From positions 1 through 24,890 of IMG/VR virus record IMGVR_UViG_3300033485_000080: a stretch of DNA of 24,890 bases; one strand, written 5' to 3'. The stretch is from a virus. Lineage: Duplodnaviria; Caudoviricetes. Position numbers and translations under genes: made by a program. Below the pieces are notes generated by a model, which was given only the letters and a program-made list of their open reading frames with translations, was not told the DNA's origin and searched no databases. Of this stretch, positions 1 to 7,014 are shown one piece after another. The stretch's first letter is position 1. Each line of letters opens with the position of its first letter.

Positions 1-9
1 TACTCGTCT

Positions 10-387
10 TTGCCGAAGCGATTGCCTTACGTGATCGAGCTTTTCGGGCATGTGCCGTCGAAGAAGAACACCTGGAGGCCCCGCGCCGGAGGCATCTACC
101 AGCGCAAGGAAGTCAACAAGGAACTCGATGCGCTGATTCTTCAGGCACGCTCTCTGTGGAAGCTCGATCCGCTACTGCACCCTGAAATGGAAGTGACGTT
201 CTACGTCAGCGGTGGCCGCTCTGACCGCGATAACCGGCTGTCGGCTATCCTGGACGTGCTGGTGAAGGCTGGCGTGTTGGCGAACGATTCGATTGCTTCG
301 TTCAACGGGAAGATGACGGTGCTGCCCGCTGTTCATAGCGAAGAGGAAAAGACGATTATCCGTTTGTGGCCGCAGCGCAAAGGGTAG
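10..387 (+). CDS. rusA: RusA-like Holliday junction resolvase (may start upstream of the window)
   Basis: PSKKN N-terminal motif, SDRDNRLSAILDVL (DxDN...D) and GVLANDS; typical ~120 aa size; the frame is open back to position 1. Confidence 0.8.
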   Translation: MPKRLPYVIELFGHVPSKKNTWRPRAGGIYQRKEVNKELDALILQARSLWKLDPLLHPEMEVTFYVSGGRSDRDNRLSAILDVLVKAGVLANDSIASFNGKMTVLPAVHSEEEKTIIRLWPQRKG

Positions 388-412
388 CGTAGAATCAGAC
401 TGAGGTATAGAT

Positions 413-577
413 ATGCCCGCAACGAGCAAGGCGCAGCGCCGCGCCATGGCGATTGCCTCTCATCACCCTGATCAACTCTACAAGCGCAATCGCGGCATGG
501 CGAAGATGTCCAAGGCCGAACTGCACAAGTTCGCCTCGACCAAAGAAGCCGGACTCCCCAAACGCGCCAAGAGATGA
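413..577 (+). CDS. DUF3008-like small basic protein, 54 aa (not in ORF track)
   Basis: My translation: MPATSKAQRRAMAIASHHPDQLYKRNRGMAKMSKAELHKFASTKEAGLPKRAKR. It matches the remembered DUF3008 pattern MPAxSKAQ...MSxxELxxFAST; GAGGT SD upstream; ATGA overlap with the next gene. Confidence 0.75.
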   Translation: MPATSKAQRRAMAIASHHPDQLYKRNRGMAKMSKAELHKFASTKEAGLPKRAKR

Positions 578-1245
578 TTAAACAAGTCAGCAAAAAGAAC
601 CCCTTCAGGAAAGACCGCATCGTCAAAAAGGGCGAGATCGTCCCCATGGAACGCGCCGCCCGCTACGTCGAACCTTCCGAGTACATCGACGTTTTCCACA
701 ACAAGTTCATCGAGCGCATGGCCGGCGACATCGAAGAACTGAAACTGGCGCTGGCTACCGACAGTTCCCCGCGCATGGTGGCCTTTCTCGTGGATCTCTG
801 CGATCCGCGCTACAAGGTAGCCAAATGGACGGTCAGTGCCCTGGCCCGGAAGAACAGCATCAGCCCTCTGATGCTCATAGACCTCTGGCGCAAGCACCAG
901 ATTGCCCGCTACCTGATGACTTCCTTCAATGCGCTGCCCAAGATTGCCGAGGACACCGCCAAGGACTCCGAAAGCACTCAAAAGCCTTGTCCGCTGTGCT
1001 CCGGTTCGGGCAGGATAGGCAAAAAGCAGTGTCCGCTCTGCCATGGCACGATGCTGGTCAGGGAACCGGGTGACATCGCCAGCCGCAAACTGCTTCTGGA
1101 GTCCACCGGGATCATTCAGCAGAGCAAGGGAACCCAGGTCAACGTGAACGTCAACACCGGGTCCATCGAAAGCGTGCTGGACGAACTAGAGGCACTGGAA
1201 AAGCCGCCTGTCATCCAAGAGGCTGAATTTGAACCCGTTGGGTGA
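574..1245 (+). CDS. Probable terminase small subunit-like protein with inserted DnaJ-type Zn finger
   Basis: HTH-like TVSALARKNSISPLMLIDLWRK; CPLCSGSG and CPLCHGT; GDIASRKLLLESTG helix; TQVNVNVN beta tail. The TerS assignment is an inference from architecture. Confidence 0.5.
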   Translation: MIKQVSKKNPFRKDRIVKKGEIVPMERAARYVEPSEYIDVFHNKFIERMAGDIEELKLALATDSSPRMVAFLVDLCDPRYKVAKWTVSALARKNSISPLMLIDLWRKHQIARYLMTSFNALPKIAEDTAKDSESTQKPCPLCSGSGRIGKKQCPLCHGTMLVREPGDIASRKLLLESTGIIQQSKGTQVNVNVNTGSIESVLDELEALEKPPVIQEAEFEPVG

Positions 1246-1323
1246 TTTAATTTCGGACATTCCCGTAGTAAACTGTCTGCGAAGTGTTAGACCGGCTAGT
1301 ACAATGAAAGGGAAGATGCGGCG

Positions 1324-1629
1324 ATGACTCCAGCAGACATAGCGGCTGTTGCTTTCGGCGGATTAGGCATCGGGGGAGCAATTGTCTCTCTTTTCATCCG
1401 CGCTACTATCGCAGACACGATCATCAAGAGCTTAAACGGGCGATACGTCGGCATCGGACTCTGTAGAGAGCGTCATGACAGTCTTGCTGCTCAGTTGGTG
1501 AAACTGGAGCATCAAGCCGACAAACTTGACCAGAAAGTGCAGATCGGGTTCGATTCCATACGGGCGCAATTGCTGTCGGCGCAAATTTCCAGGGACCGCA
1601 TTTCGCATGAAGGTCACGTCGAGGATTGA
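1324..1629 (+). CDS. N-terminal TM plus coiled-coil protein (holin/antiholin-like)
   Basis: Hydrophobic IAAVAFGGLGIGGAIVSLFI followed by a heptad-like C-terminal half. Confidence 0.55.
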   Translation: MTPADIAAVAFGGLGIGGAIVSLFIRATIADTIIKSLNGRYVGIGLCRERHDSLAAQLVKLEHQADKLDQKVQIGFDSIRAQLLSAQISRDRISHEGHVED

Positions 1630-1862
1630 ACGTCATGGAACAATTGTTGAATGTCTCCATTCCGCTGTGGGCGGTTGCCGCTTATCTCGTCTTTCAGTGC
1701 TTCGTTCAGGCACTCCCACGGCCCGAAGAGGGATCGTCAAAACTCTACATCTGGGCGTATCAGTTCGCGCACTTGCTGTGCATGAACCTTGCCCTAGTGA
1801 TTGATCCAACGAAGAAGTTGAAGACTTCGCAAGCCGCACCGGAAGTCCCGCTGAAGCCTTGA
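1626..1862 (+). CDS. Small membrane protein, holin-like (ATG at 1635 is an alternative start)
   Basis: Two hydrophobic segments (IPLWAVAAYLVFQCFV; LYIWAYQFAHLLCMNLALVI) flank a VQALPRP loop; basic C-terminus. Confidence 0.55.
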   Translation: MNVMEQLLNVSIPLWAVAAYLVFQCFVQALPRPEEGSSKLYIWAYQFAHLLCMNLALVIDPTKKLKTSQAAPEVPLKP

Positions 1863-1869
1863 GAGGCGC

Positions 1870-2067
1870 ATGAAATTCTCCGACCGTTGGTTCAGCGTAC
1901 TGCACGCCGCCCGGTCTCTGCGGGAGATTGCCGAGAGTCTGAAGCAGATCGAATCACTCTACCGTCTGGAACTGCTCTCCCAAGGGATCGTTCAACCCAA
2001 CGCAGACGTTCAGGACGAAGTGGAGGTCATCTACGGGCCTCAAACGCCCTCCCGGTCACAAGAGTAA
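1870..2067 (+). CDS. Hypothetical protein
   Basis: GAGAGG SD; fills the gap in the operon; amphipathic helix. Confidence 0.6.
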   Translation: MKFSDRWFSVLHAARSLREIAESLKQIESLYRLELLSQGIVQPNADVQDEVEVIYGPQTPSRSQE

Positions 2068-2078
2068 TCCCGATGTGG

Positions 2079-2087
2079 TGTTAAACT
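2079..2087 (+). promoter_or_regulatory. Possible extended -10 promoter (TGtTAAACT)
   Basis: TGn plus a TAnnnT hexamer in an intergenic gap; no clear -35. Confidence 0.3.
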
Positions 2088-2101
2088 GCTAAGGAAAACC
2101 A

Positions 2102-2314
2102 ATGCGCCTGAGCGGATCGTGCCTCGAAGTCACGAAGAATCCCGTACTTGGAGATAATCCCCCCATCCTGACGGTGTTGGAGCTTCCTCGCGGCTGGTCG
2201 CTGGAGGAGGTCTTCGGTGGTGTGGGGATTCTGCCGGCTAGCCGGTGGGAGCGTTTCTGCGCTTGGGTGAAGAATAAGCTAAGGGCGCTGAGTAGCCATG
2301 ATTCAAGAGCTTGA
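2102..2314 (+). CDS. Hypothetical protein
   Basis: AAGGA SD upstream; overlaps the next gene by 17 nt. Confidence 0.5.
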   Translation: MRLSGSCLEVTKNPVLGDNPPILTVLELPRGWSLEEVFGGVGILPASRWERFCAWVKNKLRALSSHDSRA

Positions 2315-2789
2315 CCCTTGGGTGGGCCTGGAGCCGGAAGTCGTACACGCCATGCTCGCCCTCGGCGGAGTGGGCAGGAACGTCCGGCACGCTGATCTGG
2401 GTGCGGGGGATGGCCGGTTCTGCGCCGAGGCATTGGCGATGGGGGCCAAGAGCAGCATTGGGTATGAGTTAAGTCCCACCCTAGTCGCGCAGGCTCAGGC
2501 GCTTGGGCGTAACGTCACCACCAGGGATGTGTTCGAGTTGAGCGTGGGAGAGTTACGTCAGATCGACGTGTTGACGGCGTGGTTCACCGTGGAACCGGGG
2601 ACAACGCAACTGCTGCAACTGCTCTACGAGAGGATGCTGGCGGGAATGAAATTGGTGCTCCTGTATAATTCCCGCGTTCAATACCCACAGGAAGGTGGAC
2701 AAGTTGAGCAGGGTATTCCGGCTCACGTTTGGCAACCCACACAGGCGCAGTGGGTGATCGGCAATAAGATTCTGCTGTACGTGAGATGA
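2298..2789 (+). CDS. Class I SAM-dependent methyltransferase (DLGxGDGR type)
   Basis: Motif I ADLGAGDGRF, post-I SIGYELSPTLV, motif II RDVF; no DNA-methyltransferase catalytic motif. Confidence 0.85.
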   Translation: MIQELDPWVGLEPEVVHAMLALGGVGRNVRHADLGAGDGRFCAEALAMGAKSSIGYELSPTLVAQAQALGRNVTTRDVFELSVGELRQIDVLTAWFTVEPGTTQLLQLLYERMLAGMKLVLLYNSRVQYPQEGGQVEQGIPAHVWQPTQAQWVIGNKILLYVR

Positions 2790-3670
2790 GCAATATCGTC
2801 CAATCTCGCGTCGTTGACTTCGGGCGGCAACGCTGGACCCGCGAGGGGTTGCTGTATCGTCCTGCGCGGCGGCTGAATCCCGTTCGGCCCGACCAGTGGT
2901 ATCGTTGCCGGTGTAAGGGTGCGTGCAATTGGCCCCTGTGGAAGTGGAACGAAGCGATTCAGCAGTTTGTCGCGGCAATAGCCGTCACAGCGAAGGGAAA
3001 GGGAACGGTTGATTCGGGTAATCTTACGATTGCGTCTATTGCGATTGCGGAGGGAGCATCCGTATTTGTTTCTGTCATCCAAAATACAACACCCACCGCC
3101 ACTTGCACGGTGACCTGGAATGGCATTTCCCTGACCTCCAACAAGAGCATTACATACCTTACCCACAATAAGATTTGGTTATTCACCCTGCATGGCGTAA
3201 CAGGAGCCACCGGCAGCGTGGTTGTGACTCCAGCGAACTCATACGAACTCTCCGCAACGGTTTCGCAGGTTACGGGACTTGCTGCTTCCCCGGTCGATCA
3301 AAGTGCGAGTGCTTCTGGCCGCAGCACGACTCCTTCTTCTGGAGCCAGCGATACTACCACGCAGGCCGATGAGTTGCTTTTCGGTGTTGTGGGTAATGAC
3401 ATAGCTACAGATCCTGGAGGAACTTGGGACGATTCCTTTGTGGCCCTTCAGGGACAGGGCGGATCGAGTTCCCGGTATGTGCGGGATGCGTATAAAGTAG
3501 TTAGCGCAACTGCGGCTTACACCGCCAGTATTACAGGAGACACGAAAGACTACTGGACCGCGCTGATCGTGACGTATAAGGCGGCAACGGCTTACGTTGA
3601 GGCTTTTAGCGGGATTAACCTCGGCATGAATCGCGGAATTGCTCGTAGTATGCCTACACAAAGACCTTAA
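2786..3670 (+). CDS. Thr/Ser/Gly-rich beta-strand protein, probable virion accessory protein
   Basis: Beta-rich pattern (TVTWNGISLT, TTTQADELLFGVVG, WTALIVTYK) after a ~62 aa Arg/Trp/Cys-rich leader; ATGA-coupled to the methyltransferase. Confidence 0.6.
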   Translation: MSNIVQSRVVDFGRQRWTREGLLYRPARRLNPVRPDQWYRCRCKGACNWPLWKWNEAIQQFVAAIAVTAKGKGTVDSGNLTIASIAIAEGASVFVSVIQNTTPTATCTVTWNGISLTSNKSITYLTHNKIWLFTLHGVTGATGSVVVTPANSYELSATVSQVTGLAASPVDQSASASGRSTTPSSGASDTTTQADELLFGVVGNDIATDPGGTWDDSFVALQGQGGSSSRYVRDAYKVVSATAAYTASITGDTKDYWTALIVTYKAATAYVEAFSGINLGMNRGIARSMPTQRP

Positions 3671-3671
3671 A

Positions 3672-4604
3672 ATGAAGATCCAACACTTGATGAATAAGGA
3701 AGCCTCTGGGTTAGGGACCACTACCCTTGAACTCGCCAAATATGAAGAACTAGCGGGTCATAGTGTAGTAGTGCGCCAACCGAATGGTGGCCTGATCTAC
3801 GGACACGGGAACGGCTACGACGTGACGGCAGCACATCATCAACTGGACCAGTCACAGTACCACGATGGCAAGCCTAAGTTCCTTTGGACGCATGGGGAAC
3901 CGCTGTCGAGCGTCGGTAACGGGATCTCGATGCGGGCGACGGTCGAGATGGCCCCCATGTGCAGCGGCTTCATTTCCATGCGGAAGGAAGAACTACCGCT
4001 CTGGAGGGCCGTCCACCCCAACACCTACTTGGTCACAAAAGGCATCGACCTGGACGTGTACAAGCCTCTTCCCGGCATCACGGAGCGTCTGAGCGGTGAG
4101 CCTGCCGTCCTGTACTACGAGAACATCCGCAGCACCCGCAACCCGCTCTACTGGCTGGTGGCGATGCAACAAGTTCACGCGAAGTTCCCCAACGCGCGGT
4201 TCCATCTGTACAACGTCAGCGAGAAAAAAATGCTCGACACCTTTCAGGCGCTCAATTCGCACGCGCATTGGTGGACCTTTCTGCGGACCATTAGCGGGCC
4301 GGTGGCGACACCGGAGGAAGTCAACCTATTGCTGAACCGCGTGGACATCGTGGTGAGCGCACTGCACCCGCTGTACGCCCGATCCATCGAAGCCTTCGGC
4401 GCGGGCAAGGCGTTCATCAGCCCCGGCTACAAGGAGTTTGAGTATCCATGGATCTGCGAGTACGACGTAGACTCCATGGCCGCTGCGCTCATTAAATGCT
4501 TCGAGAACTATGACAAGGTGAACTACCGCAAGTGGGCCGAAGACCACCACGACGTTCGTAACACGGTGGCCGAGTCAGTCAGGATCTACGAGAAGTTTCT
4601 ATGA
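3672..4604 (+). CDS. Glycosyltransferase, GT-B fold (GT4-like)
   Basis: SGLGTTTLELA...GHSVVV, TKGIDLDVYKP, LLNRVDIVVS and SIEAFGAGKAFI (an EAMxxGxPV-like signature). The ATG at 3672 directly after the upstream stop is preferred to 3639. Confidence 0.85.
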   Translation: MKIQHLMNKEASGLGTTTLELAKYEELAGHSVVVRQPNGGLIYGHGNGYDVTAAHHQLDQSQYHDGKPKFLWTHGEPLSSVGNGISMRATVEMAPMCSGFISMRKEELPLWRAVHPNTYLVTKGIDLDVYKPLPGITERLSGEPAVLYYENIRSTRNPLYWLVAMQQVHAKFPNARFHLYNVSEKKMLDTFQALNSHAHWWTFLRTISGPVATPEEVNLLLNRVDIVVSALHPLYARSIEAFGAGKAFISPGYKEFEYPWICEYDVDSMAAALIKCFENYDKVNYRKWAEDHHDVRNTVAESVRIYEKFL

Positions 4605-5164
4605 ATGTCTGTGTTGCAGGCTGGTACTTCCATAAGCCGTTTGTTGAGGCCATGGAATCCCTCGGCCCCTTCGTCTTCTGGGTCTGCCACAAGCAGCCGC
4701 CGATGGCACTGGAGAACTCGACCGTAATCCGCAACCTTGGTTTGGAGTTCGGTTGCTATGACTGGTACTTGAAGAAGCGGTGGAAGGGCGGGCGCGTCCT
4801 CTTCACGCATGACGACAACCTAATCACACAGGAAGCGTTGAACACCATCGAAGGCGTACAGCAGGATCAAGTGTTTCTCTTTTCCAGTGAGGCTGAAGCG
4901 GAAGCTAACGGTAGAGCGCACGGACGGGCGATGGTCTGTTCCGAGAAGTTCCTTCAACGGCTGAAGGACGATGGCGGATTCTGGTACAACGAGGCCCCGG
5001 AGACGAGCCTCGTCATCCCGGCCACCAGCGCGACGGAGCCGAACTACCACAACACCGGCATCCTGACCTTTCTCTCCTATCTGAAGTCGCTTCCGGCAGA
5101 GTTCAGCGTGAATCAAGTGGCTATAGTGCCAGGACTGAAAACGGGGTATCGAGGCAGACTGTGA
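4601..5164 (+). CDS. Probable GT-A fold glycosyltransferase
   Basis: N-terminal beta strand VCVAGWY, NLGLEFGCY motif and VLFTHDDN (DxD-like); ATGA-coupled to the GT4 gene. Confidence 0.6.
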   Translation: MNVCVAGWYFHKPFVEAMESLGPFVFWVCHKQPPMALENSTVIRNLGLEFGCYDWYLKKRWKGGRVLFTHDDNLITQEALNTIEGVQQDQVFLFSSEAEAEANGRAHGRAMVCSEKFLQRLKDDGGFWYNEAPETSLVIPATSATEPNYHNTGILTFLSYLKSLPAEFSVNQVAIVPGLKTGYRGRL

Positions 5165-5673
5165 CCACAAAATTAAATCTGTGTTGCGGCCAGATGATCC
5201 TTCAGGGCTACGTGAATATTGACGCCTATCCGGGGCCTGATGTCGATGTGGTCAGCGATGCCTTGGATCTACGCTACCAGGACTCCAGCGTGGACGAAGT
5301 GGTTATGTTCCACGCCATTGAGCACTTCAGCCTTGACGACGCCTGTACTCTGCTTCGCAGAATTTTCTTCTGGTTAAAGCCGGGAGGCCACATAATAGTT
5401 GAAGGACCAGATGTTTGCAAGGCGGTGAAGAACTGCAAGCAAGGAGATTTTGAGAGCATCGTGGGCATTTTCGGAGACATAACCCAACTCAGGTTGGGAC
5501 GTGAGGGCTATCAGCACAAGTGGGGATGGACAGGTGCGCTGATGCAGCAGGAATTAGCGAGTGCCGGGTTCAATGTCGGGCATATCGAAGATGGACTCTC
5601 CCACGCTGGCTACGGGTGGCGCGATTACCGGGTAGTCGGGTTCAAGCCGAAGATAAATTCACATGGTAATTAA
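5161..5673 (+). CDS. Class I SAM methyltransferase (type 11-like, often found in glycan loci)
   Basis: KLNLCCG, GYVNID, YQDSSVDEVVMFHAIEHF, WLKPGGHIIVEGPD, HKWGWT. Confidence 0.88.
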   Translation: MTTKLNLCCGQMILQGYVNIDAYPGPDVDVVSDALDLRYQDSSVDEVVMFHAIEHFSLDDACTLLRRIFFWLKPGGHIIVEGPDVCKAVKNCKQGDFESIVGIFGDITQLRLGREGYQHKWGWTGALMQQELASAGFNVGHIEDGLSHAGYGWRDYRVVGFKPKINSHGN

Positions 5674-6436
5674 CGAGACCAGTGAGCGAGTCAAGATCGG
5701 GCCGAATAAGTACCGCGTGACCACGGCGGTTGGACCGAGGTTTTACCACGATGGAATCTGGAAGACCATCGACCCGGTGCCGGTCCTCAACTCCGGCTGG
5801 TATGAGATGACGAAGAACAAGTTTCAGGTCCGGCAGAACGCGGCGGACGCTAGTTGGGAGTGGACCTACCGGGGCAAAACCGTCATCGGCAGCTTCGTCG
5901 GGTTGGGTTGGCTGAACATCTCTACCAAGGTCAGGCAGATCGCCGCAGTGCCGCAGACCGTGACTCCGGTACAGACCGGGAACCTCCTGACGTGGCCGGG
6001 GTACTTCGGCGCGGGTTTGGATCTTGTGTGGCGTTATAACGGCATCGGCTGCAAGCAGGAGATCGTGGCTACCCAAGCGGGCCGGGCGTCTCTGGGCGCT
6101 CCTCCGTGGGGCGCGGCGGGCACGGCCATCGTGATCGTCGAGCGGTTGGTGCTGCCCTCCGGTGCGCTGCGCTACCTGGAGGGCGAGTGGGACGGGGTGA
6201 ACCCGTTTGAGACGGACAGCGTGATCCGGCTGGAGGACGATGGCGGGATATTGGCGCGGTTCAGCATCGACAAGGCGTACAACGAGGCCACGCCCCCGGC
6301 ACAGGTGACCCTGCTGAAGCGGCTGGTGCTGGAGAGCGGGCACATCTATCTGGCTAGCGGGCAGCGGGTATCCACCCTGACGACGGCCTTGGGCAGCGGG
6401 ACGTGGCGGCTGGACCCTAGCATCGAGGTGGAGTAG
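5663..6436 (+). CDS. Beta-rich protein resembling the N-terminal domain that precedes DNRLRE domains in WapA/RHS-type proteins
   Basis: FYHDGIWKTIDP, NKFQVR, DLVWRYNGIGCKQEIV and terminal WRLDPSI. The similarity is recalled from memory, not searched. Confidence 0.5.
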   Translation: MVINETSERVKIGPNKYRVTTAVGPRFYHDGIWKTIDPVPVLNSGWYEMTKNKFQVRQNAADASWEWTYRGKTVIGSFVGLGWLNISTKVRQIAAVPQTVTPVQTGNLLTWPGYFGAGLDLVWRYNGIGCKQEIVATQAGRASLGAPPWGAAGTAIVIVERLVLPSGALRYLEGEWDGVNPFETDSVIRLEDDGGILARFSIDKAYNEATPPAQVTLLKRLVLESGHIYLASGQRVSTLTTALGSGTWRLDPSIEVE

Positions 6437-6438
6437 CG

Positions 6439-7002
6439 ATGCCTAGCATAGCTTTGGGCGCAGCCGAGGATGATTGCAGCCGGTGGGGGAGTTCAGGTTC
6501 TTGGTTCGGCGCAACTTTGGGTGTATTTACGGAGAGCACTAGGGCGGAGCGGTGGAAGTTTGGGGATTATTGCTTCGGACATATCTACCTGCGTTTTAAC
6601 ACCAGCGTTATCCCCCCTGGGGCTACTCTTACGTCCGCCAAGCTATGGTTCTACACGACAAACATTACGGACATGCAAGGCTACTCACTGTATGGGGAAT
6701 ACTTTCTCCCTGCCAGTTGGCCTCCTGTTGCCACGGATTTCGCATTGGAGAGCGCGGCTGATGCGCTCACTGTGGCTAACCCTATAGCGGAAGGTGTATG
6801 GCATTCTCCCTCCTTGACCAATCTAGGCAGTATTTCGAGGGATGACTACACTGGATTACGCATGACTCTTGGAACGGGGACTCCAGCGGATGTGACGATG
6901 GATCTGGTGGATTTCGACTGGTACGAAAACGGCAGCGGCAAAGCACCCTATCTTGAGGTCGAGTACGCGGGCGTGGCAAAACTGGCGATGTTTGTGCGAT
7001 AG
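6439..7002 (+). CDS. DNRLRE/CBM96-like beta-sandwich domain protein
   Basis: YLRFNTSVIPPGATLTSAKLWFY and C-terminal APYLEVEY; GGAG SD. Confidence 0.65.
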   Translation: MPSIALGAAEDDCSRWGSSGSWFGATLGVFTESTRAERWKFGDYCFGHIYLRFNTSVIPPGATLTSAKLWFYTTNITDMQGYSLYGEYFLPASWPPVATDFALESAADALTVANPIAEGVWHSPSLTNLGSISRDDYTGLRMTLGTGTPADVTMDLVDFDWYENGSGKAPYLEVEYAGVAKLAMFVR

Positions 7003-7014
7003 GAGGAAATTGAT

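Noticed and set aside
574-1245. DnaJ chaperone
   Set aside because: Only one pair of CxxCxG motifs; no J-domain HPD motif in this ORF.
2298-5673. DNA methyltransferases of a restriction-modification or anti-restriction system
   Set aside because: Neither methyltransferase shows DPPY/NPPY or PC catalytic motifs, and both are short.
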